A stretch of DNA of 64,000 bases, taken from Eledone cirrhosa (Eukaryota). The notes below the pieces were generated by a model. The model saw only the letters and a list, made by a program, of their open reading frames with translations, ran no database searches and had not been told where the DNA came from. The position numbers and the translations under genes are program-made. Below are positions 12,032 to 25,169 of this stretch, in pieces. The stretch is taken from assembly GCA_964016885.1 (NCBI GenBank), contig OZ024743.1, forward strand, positions 58,590,001-58,654,000. Reading direction: 5' to 3'. Each line of letters begins with the position of its first letter. The stretch's first letter is position 1.

Positions 12032-14506
12032 CTAGCTAATAGGCTTAAAGTAAAAGAAAGAGCTTAATATCCGGTGGGGGCATGAGGAAAATATTTCCGA
12101 CTTTCTATTTAGTAGGGAGCACTTGGCAAATATAATAGAGTGGGATTCCGTAAGGCATAGGTTACATACTCTATTATGAGGAGTATATGGATGGGATTTA
12201 GCAACTTGCCGCCAAGTGAGGGTGTACTGTGTTCGTGCATTTTTTAAATTGTGGACGTGCGCTGCCAAGGAGGTAGAATTCTTCAGTTTATTATGTCTAA
12301 ATGTACACTGGTGAGAGTTAAATCTGGTTTTAAAGGGGGTGGAAGTTGATCCAATATAAGTTTTAGTGGACGCAGTAGTTACCACATCACACGCATAAAC
12401 TATGTTTCTAGTAAGGCAGAAACCATTCAGGGGGCAGCCCGAAGCCCTTCTACAGTTACAATTTCTGGTGATGCTATTATCTAAATGATCACCAGCTTGC
12501 TGACCACGGGTGTTAAGGCTACCTCTGTCGACTCCAATGTTTTCCCCTAGGCGTAAGGTGTCGAGGCCTTCCTTAATTTTCTTATTATTGGTATTGGCTA
12601 GATGAGAGGCCAGATTTTGGGTTGTAGAATACGAGAGTTTAACCACATTCTTATTGAGGATAGAGTGGTATCTATTACCAGGAGGGAAGTTCCTTTCTAA
12701 CACAGAGAAGAAGGCCCTAGGAATATTCGTAGCCACTTTGGAGTTAAATGGGGGGTTAAAATATGTATTCAATCTTCTTCTATTCTTTTTATTCTTATTA
12801 TTATTACTATTACTATTATTACTATTACTATTATTACTATTACTCTTATTATTACCATTATTATTATTATTATTATTAATTCCATTGCTAACGTTACTAT
12901 GTTCACCTAATCTATGCGGGGAGCTAAGAGGCCTACCGTTATTGTTACTTAGTCCATTGGTACCCTGTTGGTGCATTTTACCGGCATTCAAAACCCTCAT
13001 GTTCGAAACACCTCTATTACCAATGGACATATTATGTGTTATAACAACACTGGTAGAGCTACTATTTGGACTATTATTTCCCTGGGCATAATGTAATTTG
13101 TCCCTAAAGCCGGCTCTAGCTAAGGCATCATTATAATAATCAGCCTGCGAGTTAAACGCCTCTTCGCTATGTGAGAGTGAACTTATTCTGCTAGAGACCC
13201 CCTTCAATATACCACTGATGACCGACTTAGGATGGTTGGAGTTAGTATTCACTTAAGTCAGCAATTCATTAGGCTTATGGTAGGGTGTGTACGTATGGTT
13301 ACCTAAGTCCAATGTAACATCAAGGAAGTTGACAGTCCTATCATTTATATCCATAGTAATGGACAGATTGAAGGTTTTAAAGAATTTATACAGCTTTTTC
13401 CTAATGCGCACTATATTATACTTGCTAGCATCTATAGAGAGTAGGGCATCATCACGGTACAACCCACCCCTAAGGAATGGGAAGTTACTATGTAGTTCAG
13501 TAAGGAGGTAGAGCCCAACTAAGTCGGTGACCTGAGCAGAATCACTTGACCCCATAGTAATGTCAAAATTATCCGGTGTGTTTTTTCTCGTCCATAAATT
13601 ATCCTCAAACATAATGATGGTTTTACGTGCGGCGAGAACGATATCTATCTGTGGCCGTGTAATGAACCCTCTCTGCATGGCTAGGATAAGGGCCTTATTG
13701 AGGATGATTGGAGATATAGATGTATAATAAGCATCAATATCAAATTGGATAAACCTAAGCGAATCACGCCCACAATCCGTAGAAAACCACCTAATGACTT
13801 CACTAGTATTACCCCAAAGCTCAAGGAATGTTTTTTCTTTAACCAGGGGAATTACGCTATCTAAGATTCTCTTACTTATAATCCCCAAATCAGAATTGGA
13901 GGGGCAGATAAGCCTAACTGAGGGGCTACTAATAAAGTTTTCCTTATGGTCCTTAAGGGTGAATCTAGGCTGTTTGGGGTAATATGGTTGAGTGTGTTTA
14001 TCTAGACCTAATTTTACTACTATGTTATACCCCTCTAGATTAATATTATCTAAATTACTCTGCGTTGTTTTTTTGTAGTTCCTATGTAGTTCATTATAAA
14101 TGAAGCCACGATAAGTTTTATAATCCATACTATACAGGTTTTTAGTTTTGTCGGAGGGACCAGAATAGATTTATTATCCTTAAAGTCCCTAACGATAGAA
14201 CCGAGTTTACTCTGAAACTTATTGGTACATCTAGATTTTTTATACCTAATATTCCTGACAAGGGATAACAGCTCACTTTCGAAATTATCCAATAGGCTAT
14301 TGTGTGGGGGGCTCCTATATGTCTTAAAGCCATAATTATTAAAACTACACTTATCATCAGGGTTATCATACTTCTTATCAAAATGGAACGCACGCCACCG
14401 AACACGTTTTACAAAGGAATTTATGCTAGTTATAAGCAATTCTCATATGAAATCTTAGAAGGGGTGGGAATATTCTTCAAAGAAATGGGTATGACTTTGT
14501 TAGCAT
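12032..14506 (-). pseudogene. Penelope-like RT / GIY-YIG endonuclease ORF (three -1 frameshifts, one in-frame TAA at 13253-13255)
   Basis: Motifs SLKNIP, KRVRWRAF, TLKDHKENF, FDIDAYY, MGS, LYRDD, FLDVTLDL, then CNCR-x4-CPLNGFC, IVY...YIG, CNLC...E, LLN. Confidence 0.9.
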
Positions 14507-16248
14507 ACTGCCTGATGATATACAAGAATATAAATTCACGTATATCAAAGTTGAAGCTCAACCAGTGGGAGCCGTATAATATATAAGGGAGAGAATTGGG
14601 AGTGTGTAACACTCCACTTATCAAATATGCAGTATATGGTTAGCTCAATGTCAGAGGACAGAGCCGTAATACAATTAACAACAAAGAGCGCTTAGAACAT
14701 AGGTATATCTTTAATTGCTAACAGTGTTTCGTCCACACTAGAAGTGGGACTCTTCAGAGCATAAAGAGTAAATACATAGTATACAAGCATTGACAAAGCC
14801 AAAACAGAAGAATATATGTGGGGATACCATAAGTTAGGAGGAGTTTAAAGAGTAAAGTAAACGGAGTAAAATAAGAAAAGAGTAAAATAAAAATAAACAT
14901 AAAAATAAAAATAAGAATAAGAATAAGAATAAAAATAAAAATAAAAATAAAAATAAAAATAAAAATAAAAATGTAAAAATGTAAAATGAAAAATGAAAAA
15001 TGAAAAATGAAAAATGAAAAATGAAAAATGAAAAATGAAAAATGAAAAATGAAAAATGAAAAATGAAAAATGAAAAATGAAAAATGAAAAATGAAAAAAA
15101 AAAAAAAAAAAAAAAAAAATTAAAAAATAAAAAATGTTATCACTCACAGTTGGGCAGGGTTCCGTTAACATACAGCTACATACAAGTATATGCATAAGCA
15201 TGAGCACCCACATGCACCTACACACAAGCACCCGTATGCAACACATATAGTATACACTAATACAAATAACATATCATAGACGGATGGGCACAAGTTAAGA
15301 GATAGAGATAGATAAAAAATAGGTAAGAGGTAGATACAAAATAGATAAAAATAGATAAAAAAATAGATAAAAAATAAATAAAAATAGATAAAAAAAATAG
15401 ATAAAAAATAGATAAAAATAGATAAAAGATAAAAAAATAGATAAAAAATAGATAAGAAATAGATAAAAAATATATAAAAAATAGATAAAAGATAAAAAAT
15501 AAAAAATAATAAAATAAAATAAAATAAAATAAAATAAAATAAAATAAAATAAAATAAAATAATATAAAATAATATAAAGTAAAGTAAAATATACACCAGA
15601 AGGTAAATAAAACAATACACCAAAAAAATGGAGTAAAATATACACCATAAAGGAAGGTGTGGGTAAAGATAAGACTGGCAAATGCATAAGCTATCAAGCT
15701 ATGTTCAACAAGTGATGTACGTACAACATATAAAATACACAAAAATATATATACAAAAATATATATAAAAAATATATATAAAAGAGACGTATATATAAGG
15801 ATATATATATATATATATACACACATCAGTCCAAGTAATGCATATTTATAAAGATGTAACTGGGGGTAAAAAGATGTAATAAGGGTAATCAAGATGGTAA
15901 TTATTAGGGCATGTAATAATAATATTATTATAGAAATCCTAAGGTGACACTAGTGTTGACTCATGGTGATATATGGAATATATCAGGACACGAACGCCTT
16001 AGGTGTTGCAGTTAGCCGCAGTTCAACAATAGAGTGTTCGAATGAGATTTTTTATTTTTTATGAACAGATGCTATGTCCGCACTAGATTGAGTTGACCAT
16101 TACAATGCAATGGAAACATCCCAGGTTGGACAGTCCCAAAAGTTCACACTCCAAAGTTCAATCCACAGGTGTGCATTCATAGAGTTGAGCTGTTGGGCAA
16201 TCCGAAAAAGTTCACACTACAAAGTTCAATACACAGATGTGCATTCAT
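14489..16248 (-). repeat. 5' pseudo-LTR
   Basis: Direct repeat of 8751-10873, ending inside a ~60-bp internal sub-repeat. Confidence 0.9.
14717..14760 (-). ncRNA. Minimal type I hammerhead ribozyme in the 5' pLTR
   Basis: Reverse complement: gct-CTGAAGA-gtcc cacttctagtgt ggac-GAAA-cactg-TT-agc. Confidence 0.85.
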
Positions 16249-16372
16249 CCACGCAATACTTTTAGTTAGCACCCCGAACGCATAATTGGGAATATAATCA
16301 CTTATTTCCTAATGTGTGTTGAGTGAGTTGGAATTTGGCCGGACAATCGCTAAAAAGCTTTCTCCGATATTG

Positions 16373-16428
<56 letters not shown>

Positions 16429-16433
<5 letters not shown>

Positions 16434-16624
16434 CTGTAGTTGAGTGACGAGAGAAAAGAACATTCAATACTGAGGTAGTGTTTAAATATTTATTATGGCT
16501 TAGTGGGGAGTCTTGTTACTTTGGTGGTTCACCTGCGTACACACATAATCATCATCTGGTGATCCTGTGTGTGCGCAGGTGAAATTTCAGAGTAATAAAA
16601 CTCACTACTGAGATATAATAAACT
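16429..16624. mobile_element. Old fold-back mini-element with degenerate HHR cores on both strands
   Basis: Imperfect arms ~16489-16555 and 16556-16622. The + strand reads CTGGTGA-t-cctg...cagg-t-GAAA-tttcagag-TA. Flanked by (TA)n. Confidence 0.55.
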
Positions 16625-17753
16625 ATATATATATATATATATATATTTATTTATTTATTTACACCCCCCTCCCTCCCCCCCCCACATATATATATATATT
16701 GTGGTATAGCTTGGTAAAAAATATCCAAATTTTGGATTGCAAAATTTGGATTTGCGGTTTGTAGAATAATTTAGATAGTATAATTTACAAGTCATGATGG
16801 TGTGATCATGCACAGAGATACTATGAAATAGCTCATAAAATTGGGTGAAGACCCTTAAAGACAAAATGAGGATTTGCCATTTGACAAAATGAGTATTGGC
16901 CACTAGAGGGATCGAACCTCATATTACCCTGACACCGGTTAGGCGCTTTAAACCATTATACATGTAATTGTGTCTGTTATCAATTGGAATTAATACATTC
17001 AATAATATCTCTAATTTCTAGTGATGAGTCACACCTACACCCGATTTTTATGTTGTTATTTTCTTTCATTATTCAGATTTCTTTTATTCTGTTAATCCTA
17101 ATAAATATCAATATATTCACATGCTTTACCACTATAGCTAACCCAGCGCATAAAACTGTGTTATAAAGTAGGCCTTTCTACTTGTAATATTTTGGAATAA
17201 TAATTAATATTAGACTTTCCATTGCTCATCTTATCTGCTTGTCGGAATTTATGACAGGAGGAGCAACATGATCAACATATTTTATTTACCTTTGCTAATT
17301 CTGCCAAGAGTTGACAGGCACGTAATATCAGCAATGGAAAGACCTATGGAATCATTGTATCCTTAGTCAAATCCGATGGTCGACTCCATTCCTCACCTTC
17401 AAATAATACAGAACATCATATAATTATATAACAAAATCATAGACAACTACAAAAACACGGTACATTCTTATTTTGCAATGTAGAATGTGGAGTTCTTTAA
17501 GAATGTTGTTTTGTTAGGATTAACCATGTTATTTCAGTTCCATATGAAATATGTGGCTGTTCTTAATTATATTTGAACTCGGCAAGATTCCATTTTTATC
17601 TTTTTTGGTTTGAAGTTACGTTAAATGATTAAAATTATGAATAGCAATCAAAGAATGTTTGAAAAAATACGTTAGTCTTTAAATTCTGTTTTTAAATACA
17701 AAGCTATATCAAAAAGATCGATGTCTATGGCGAATGATTAAGGGCTTGTGTTT

Positions 17754-17754
<1 letters not shown>

Positions 17755-17834
<80 letters not shown>

Positions 17835-18080
17835 GTGTGTGTGTCTGCATGTGTTGGTGTGTATGCATTGGTGTTTGTATGTGATGGTATGTGCACGTTT
17901 TGGTGTGTGCATATGATGGTGTGTGCATATGATGGTGTCTGCATGTGTTGGTGTTTGCACGCGTTGATGTTTGCATATATTTGTGTGTGCATGTGATGGT
18001 GTGTACATGTGTTGGTGTGTGCAAGTGTTAGTGTGTGCATGTGTTGGTGTGTGCACACGCGTGTGTTTGCGTGTATTTGT
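17755..18080. repeat. (GT)n plus degenerate ~18-bp GT-rich minisatellite
   Basis: Recurrent gtgtgcatgtgttggt-like units. Confidence 0.85.
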
Positions 18081-18360
18081 TTGTATGAGATTAAGTTAAT
18101 GAGTTTATTTCGTAATTATTTGGTTCCGGTTTTGATCGGTTTGCGGAGCATTTTGAGTAAGGTCGACTCAGGCATTCTGAGTGGAATTGATCTGACAGAA
18201 ACTGATAATTAGGCTGTAGGTACACGTGTCTTTGAAATTTTCAGCAATTTACATGTATATTTCATTAGCAAGTTGTTCTGTTGATCGAAAAACTGGAACA
18301 GTCATCGTCGAAACCGAGAGAGCTTCATTCCACATGAAAAGGAAATATTACTAATATCCG

Positions 18361-18535
18361 TTTGTATTGGTGTGTCTCTGTTGTTGATATTGGTGTTGTT
18401 GACGTCGTTGTTGCTGCTGTTGGTGTTGGTGTTTGTAGTTGCTGTTTTGGTGTTGGTGATACAATTGATGTTGGTGCTGTTGCTGTTGTTGCTGGGGTTG
18501 TTGATATTGTTGTTGTTAGCGTTGTTTGTGCTGTT
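18361..18535. repeat. Degenerate (TGT)n trinucleotide repeat
   Basis: Directly visible. Confidence 0.8.
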
Positions 18536-19462
18536 CCAGTTGTGTGACAAGGCGGATCCTTTGATTACACGCACAACTCTCCTTTCTTTTCCCATTGTAC
18601 TGGTGCAAAATGAACTTAAATGTTTGCTCAAGAACGCAATGTGCTGCCAAAATCAAACTTACAACCATATGGTTATGAGCAGAGAACTCTAATGTGCCAT
18701 CACAAGCCTATTTCTACTCATTGTCTTACAGCACTTTATTCAGAGCCAGCACCGATTTCCTGCACCTACGATTCGAGACCGCGGTCATATAATAATGATT
18801 TAGAATAAATTCCTTGGAAGCTGACGCCATATTATAACTAATCTTTCGTGGCGCACAGTTATTTATTTACTAAAAGTACATTATAAAGGTGGTAAACCTT
18901 TCTAGTGAAACGCAGAAATTCAAACTCATGATTATGTTCTAATTAAAAACAGCGCCAGAGAATCAGTCTCCTGAAAATTGATGGTGTATTGTAATATTTT
19001 AGTTTTTACTTTCAAAGATGTTGATATCTCAATAATACCCAGATTCTGTCAAAGGAATCAGCGATCAATGACGCGATACTTAACGGCTCTGCTACAATTA
19101 ATAATAGAACAGAATTACTTCCCGAAATTGAGAGATTGTAATGATTTCCATTTGAAAAGTGATTCTCTTTAGTGAGATTATCTTAGATAATGCATGAATC
19201 CAATTCAACTTTTTCATATCTAATTCATATAAAACTATTAAGTGATAACAACAGTATTTTTAAACTTCAAAACTAAATTCAAAACAAAAATCTTAGAAAT
19301 ATTGTTTTAATATGTCAAAAATTAGGAAATAATTTCACTCGTCTTCAACAAATTTTCTCATCACTCGATGTAACAACATGGCGGAACAGTCACGTCATTA
19401 TTGTTTATTAGGAAAAGAAGAAATGTGACGTTTATGACATTGACAAGGTTATACCTAATATT

Positions 19463-19835
19463 GTTTCTACTTTTGGCACAAGGCCAGCAATTATTCCAGT
19501 GTATTACTGGTACTTTATTTTATCGACCCCGTAATGATGAAAGGCAAAGTTAACTTCGGCGGGATTTGAACTCATACCTAATATTAATGTGGAGAATTGA
19601 TTACAATCGAGAATTAGAACCATTTCGTGGTGTAGGTAACGAGGAATGTCTTCTCATATTTTGGGCAGCTCGTCATCACCAAAATTGCACAAGGCCAGCA
19701 ATTACCCCAGTGCATTAATGGTGCTTTATTTTATCGACCCCGTAAGGATGAAATGCAATATTAACTTTGGCGAGATTTGAACTCAGAACACAAAGTGCCA
19801 TAACTCTATGCTGCAAAGCTTTACCGATACTCCTA
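19463..19835 (-). mobile_element. Two partial tRNA-derived SINE copies
   Basis: gcacaaggccagcaatt...tttattttatcgacccc...gatgaaaggcaaagt...gatttgaactcag matches the copies at 39057 and 42262. Confidence 0.8.
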
Positions 19836-20337
19836 ATCCAATGATGAACAATTTCATTCTATTAGAAACGCAAATTAATTGAACACAATAAATTTGGTGT
19901 TTTTGTCTAGATTAGAAGTAAAATTAGTTGATATTGAAAATAATAAGTAGTGATGTGTGTGGGTACGTAGATGAAGCGGTGGTGGTGAGATAAGATAAAC
20001 TAAATCAATATCACTACTATGGTCACAATCTATTGACTGAGACCAGTAAAGTAAACGTATTTGTTGTTTTCATTGTTAATTCTGATTGGGCATCATTCTG
20101 AACAGACAGAGTAGTAAATATTGTCTGTATCAATTACATAGTCGTAGAAGCGGTAAGAATACAAAGAAGATACACAGGTAATCGAAGGAATTAATTGCAA
20201 ACTGATGTAGAGCTCAAAACTATAAAAAAAATCTGACACTGTCTTCTTTTGACAGACGATATATAATTATTCAGTTAACAAAGCAATTTATGGGCAATCT
20301 TACAGACATGGCATTAATTATATGTAGTCAAGTACGT

Positions 20338-20530
20338 TGAATTTGGAGAACCGTTAGAGAGGCGAACAAAATGCTTTTCTGTATTTGTTTCGTTCATTAC
20401 GTTGTGAGTTCAAATCTCGTCAAGATCAACATTACCTTCCGATCTTGATAAAATGAATTACTAAGAAGTACAGAGGTTGAACTTATCGACTTTTCACCAT
20501 CATAAAACTGCTGACTTTTGCCTAAATTAG
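20338..20530 (+). mobile_element. Degenerate tRNA-derived SINE
   Basis: A-box-like ttggagaaccgttaga, B-box gagttcaaatc, conserved body. Confidence 0.6.
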
Positions 20531-21088
20531 TAACTGTTAATTATTTGTAACGAAATAATTTAGTAGCAAATGAAAAAAAAAAACATGGCATTCTTAATGA
20601 TTTTAAGCAAGTAATGTAGTAGGAATTTTACAGATGTGATTTTGTTAAAATGTATTAGCTGTAAAATTGATATTGAAAGCCCATAGCTTAACGATTTGGT
20701 TATTAGGGTCAAGATAAGCTGATCATTCGTTCGATTTGGGGAGGTGTCCTTCAGCAAGGTATTTCCGCATGATAATATATTTACGCAGCGCCCGTCTACT
20801 GACCTGTAATTCAAAGTTTCTGCCACATCAAACCGTATCTATTGAGAACTACCTTAACTGTGCCCCTGTCAGTGGAATTCTCAGGTACTTGCTGGATTAT
20901 TTCACGAAAAGTTTGTTCCGTATTTTAAACAACTGCGACACTTATCGTCGGAACTGACTGATATCTATTAAACAACGTATAATATAGTGGATAGGTTCCT
21001 TGAGGGCTGAATTTGTTGTATTATTTCCCGTTAGTAGGTCGGTGGATTTGGCAGTATCAGTAGAGCGTCGAACAATATACATTGCAGC

Positions 21089-21216
21089 TAAACATTTGTC
21101 CACGTTGATTATACCCCATCATATATATATACATATATATATATACATATATATGTATATATACATATATATGTATATATATATGATGGGGTATAATCAA
21201 CGTGGACAAATGTTTA
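21089..21216. repeat. 31-bp perfect inverted repeat enclosing (TA)n, following a SINE head at 21041
   Basis: aaacatttgtccacgttgattataccccatc / gatggggtataatcaacgtggacaaatgttt. Confidence 0.8.
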
Positions 21217-22715
21217 ATGTGTTCGCTTCCCAATAATTAAGCCCACTGTTGAATCTCACTGCGTCATTTACCATAACTTCCAGTTGATCCATGCCTTGTA
21301 TGTAAACAATTAAGACTAAGTCTCTCCTCGGAATGCTCACCCACTTCCATATTAATTTGAGGAGGAGATCGTCTCATTGAATGAACAATTGGCAAAGCTG
21401 TCCTCGAAATCAAAGATGGTTCATTCCTTTCATATATATATACACACATGTGTGTGAGTGACTTATATTAGTAAGTGGGCAATACTGTGTAGAGAGGCAT
21501 TGATTAATGTGTTTATGTTCAGTGTTAGTATTTAATCAAAAAATTGAGTGAAGGAAAGCAAAGGCTCTTGTATTAATGGTAAACACATTTCGGTACACCG
21601 CCATTATCAAGTATGTTTTGGTCTACGGAGAAACCTTTCGTCACGTTTTATGATAGGTTATTTTAACCCCGAGTTCTCTATAACGTGTGGGCTGTTAAGG
21701 TACATACATATCTTCCACCTGTTTTATTTTTCTATAGAAGAAATTATCTTGGAAATTGACTGAACAGATTTATGTTGAAGCGCGGAATTAATTTTACCTT
21801 GACAATATATGTTGTTTGTTTACAGTGTGAATCTTTCTATTCCATAATATTGAATGTCGATAATTACTTACGTAGGAGTAAATTCCCTATTTCATAGAAA
21901 GCATGTTTTTCTGTAAATGACTGGACATAAATGAAATTTGCTTTTAAATACTTGTGGCTAACACGATATATCAAATAAAAAGTGTCCGGATAATAGACTT
22001 TTCGAACTGCGAAATATGTTGCCTTGTGAGTCAGTTAGAAATCAGTATTAATATCCTTGAAAATTGCTGAAAGGACACAGTTGTGTAGTTCTGGGTAACA
22101 GTATGTATCACAGAACATTTATACTGGAAACTAAACTATTATTGTGTTAAGACGTATATCTAAGGAAAGCTGTTAGTTCGGCACTATAGCATTTGTGACA
22201 TTTAAAGAGTCCTGAAGAACAATTGGTGTGTCTTAGTGTATGGCTCACCAATAAGCTTACTCATCGTATGTACAGTGGATTATTCAAGGTGTTGTCAATA
22301 ATTAGTCATTTGGAAGATGTTTTCAAAGGATGCATGCAAAGCTAACAAAATGCCATTGATATATAATATTGTAAACGAACGCTGTAGCAATAACCTTTAA
22401 TGAAATATTTCTATATGAATGTTGTGAAAGAAGATAAAACCTTTTAGTTACATAAAGATGTTTTGATGTCGTTAGTATTGAAGTAGAAAGGTTTTAATTT
22501 TTTTTCGTATTTTGTTTAGTTTATTATGTATAAAATAGTTACTATTCAAGCTATTCAATGTCAAACTCTCGTGCTGGGGGTTAATGTTGAGAGATAATGA
22601 TATTTTCTGTTTTTATAGTTTGTGTTGCTGTCTGTCTAATTCTTTCTTAAAATGAAGTCTATTTTTCTTGATTATATGTAAATGTCGTTGTGTAGTGGTA
22701 TATTAATGTTTATAC

Positions 22716-22865
22716 CGGTGAATTGGCAGAGTCGTTAGAACGCTGGATAGAATTATTTGCGGTATTCGCTTCGGCTCCTTAAGTTCAAATCCCACCGAGA
22801 TCAACTTTGCTTTTCATGCATTCTTAATCGATAAAAATGACCGGTCTAGAACTGGGGTCGATTCT
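22716..22865 (+). mobile_element. tRNA-derived SINE
   Basis: ggtgaattggcagagtcgttaga...gttcaaatcccaccgagatcaactttgcttttcat...tcgataaaa. Confidence 0.75.
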
Positions 22866-23328
22866 TCCTCTATATCTCCTTTTCAATTCCATTCGCTCAC
22901 CCTCTATCCTTCTCTGGAAGAAATCTATTGTATTCTTAGCTGGAGCGAAGATGTGCTCCGCCAGATTTTAAAATGTCCTAGAAAAGGATTATGTCAATAT
23001 GGCGCCCATACAAACCCCACAGGTGTTACGGGACTATGCATAAAAGAAAATACCAAAAACATGGTAAGTCATATCACTATATATCCGTTGTAGAGCACAT
23101 ACACACACATATACATACACAAACACACACAAACACACACACATACATACATACATACATACATACATACATACATACATAGAGAGAGACAGATAGACTG
23201 ACAGACAGACAGAAAGGTGTTGGATAAATATATAAATGTACAGCTAGATACTTCAGTTTGTTAACGTATATCTCAAGACAAGAATTGAAATTAAAACTCT
23301 GCAGATAATGTGTTTTATATTCTTTCAG

Positions 23329-23694
23329 GTAAAATTCTTTTTGACCTTGACCTGCCAGTTACAGCTGAGGTTTGGCTTCGGCGAGCGACCCAGATGAGTC
23401 AACGAAAAGACCTAGAAGCTGCTACGATGTTCCAGAAGGTTCGAGTTCACCGCTTATATCATCCTCTAGTAAAACACTCTAAAGTAAAGATCGACTTCAC
23501 AGAATTTGGTCGCGCCGTGGTAGCCAAAGAAGACATAAAGGCTGGTGACATTGTTCTCACTGATCAACCTGTTGTATTTGGTCAGCTGTTAGAGAAGGAA
23601 ACAGTTTTGGCCTGTCCAAATTGTGCCAAATCTTTAATGACAGCACAAGATTACTTTGGATCAAGCGCCTTGAAAAAGAATAAATCTTTGCAAG
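23329..23694 (+). CDS. SMYD5-like SET/MYND methyltransferase, internal exon (TPR-like end, SET-N, first half of MYND)
   Basis: Acceptor ttctttcag, donor gtaagt, phase 1/1; encodes GRAVVAKEDIKAGDIVLTDQP and CPNC. Upstream exons were not identified. Confidence 0.88.
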
Positions 23695-24547
23695 GTAAGT
23701 CGCACCGAAGGCTGTCAATTATTATTTTCTAATCGTTATTTCTACTCACATCATATTACGAAATGTTATAAATGTATTAAAGGCCCATTACGTCGTAAGA
23801 GAGGTCAGCTTGCAGTGAAAGGCATATATGGATTTCCGGTCGTTGCTCCTGGAAAAAGTGTCACCAATTTTAGTGTGATAGGGAGAAGGTATTGAGCTCA
23901 GAATACACAGAAACGGAAGGGATTCCACAAAGCATCATGCTTGACTCATTTTAACGATTCCCCCTAATACACTACCCACCTAGCGTGGTGCTTTATTTTG
24001 TCAATTCCTAAATAATGAATGGCAAAGTTGGCCTCGGTGGGATTTAATCTCTCATATTAAGGTTTAATGAATATAGTATCTCAGTTATTTTTCTTTTTCT
24101 CATTCAGCAGAATGAAAATGAATTCCTTTTTATTGAATATTAATATTTCAGTTAGTGAATGTTCGGCAAACTATTACACAATTGGGATTCAAACTCTTAA
24201 ATAATAGTTATTTAGTTTACCAATATTTTCTTCCACTTTTATGTATAGAGGAACCACATCAGTAATTGCTTGTCATCTATATAACTGTATATACATGCTA
24301 ACATGATTCACACTCCATCTCTATTCCCCCATCTCTCTCTCTTTCTTTCTCACTCTCTCTCTCTCCTTCTCCTATATATATATTAATCAGAATATAATCA
24401 TGGGTGAAGTGTGATTAAAAAAATATATGACTAATAACTGAAATGAGATTGCATCATTGCTTTTTTTATGATACTGTTTGTTCGTTTTACACATTTCTAG
24501 CTATGTGGTCTCTTACAAATGATGTCTTAAATATCTTTTGTATTCAG

Positions 24548-24890
24548 CCGCTGTTTCCAAACACTGGCCAAACATACGACGGGTCCCATGTCAAGGATGC
24601 AACGAGGAAATTTATTGTTCAGAAAACTGTCGCAAAGAAGCATGGCTAAATTATCACCAAATCCTCTGCCCATCTACAAATACTGAAGCTCACAAATTGT
24701 ACGATATATGTCGTAAAATTAAAGAACTATCCGGTGAAGGTCAAACGATATGGAACGCCAGTTTTAGTCCAATTATGCTGGCCCGTATTTGGGCAGCCAT
24801 CATTTGCCATGCTAAAAAGCTTGCCACCGAAAATGGCTCATCCATACCAACACAGTCCCAGTGGGCGATTGCTAAATCCCCATATAGACG
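24548..24890 (+). CDS. SMYD5-like gene, next exon (second half of MYND)
   Basis: Acceptor tattcag, donor gtacag, phase 1/2; encodes CQGC...YCSENCRKEAW...HQILC. Confidence 0.88.
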
Positions 24891-25169
24891 GTACAGTCAT
24901 TTACTTACACTCTATTCGAATTAATCAATGAAGAATATTGAGAGAATTACTAAAGCTATAAATGATTTGTTTTACTAAGATAGAATTTTATATTTTATAA
25001 CTTAAGTCTGTAATATGAGTTGATTTGTTTTATAAAACCAGAGCTGGTTTTAGCCAGTCTGGTATCAGAATGTTCCTCATGTATTTCTGTTTCCTCAAGA
25101 TTACTTTCATTCAACCCAGTTGATGATGACCATGCATAACCGTAACCAATTAAAATAAAGAATAAGATA

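Larger units (their letters stand above)
8751..16248 (-). mobile_element. Penelope-like retroelement (probably Hydra clade) with direct pseudo-LTRs
   Basis: RT plus GIY-YIG ORF between direct repeats 8751-10873 and 14489-16248, each containing an HHR. Confidence 0.92.

Noticed and set aside
18302-18692. Asn-rich and Leu-rich ORFs
   Set aside because: Derived from a (TGT)n repeat, with no domain or convincing splice context.
19374-19428. AACATGGCG as a possible start or YY1 site of the SMYD gene
   Set aside because: The frame closes after 16 codons with no compatible donor; insufficient support.
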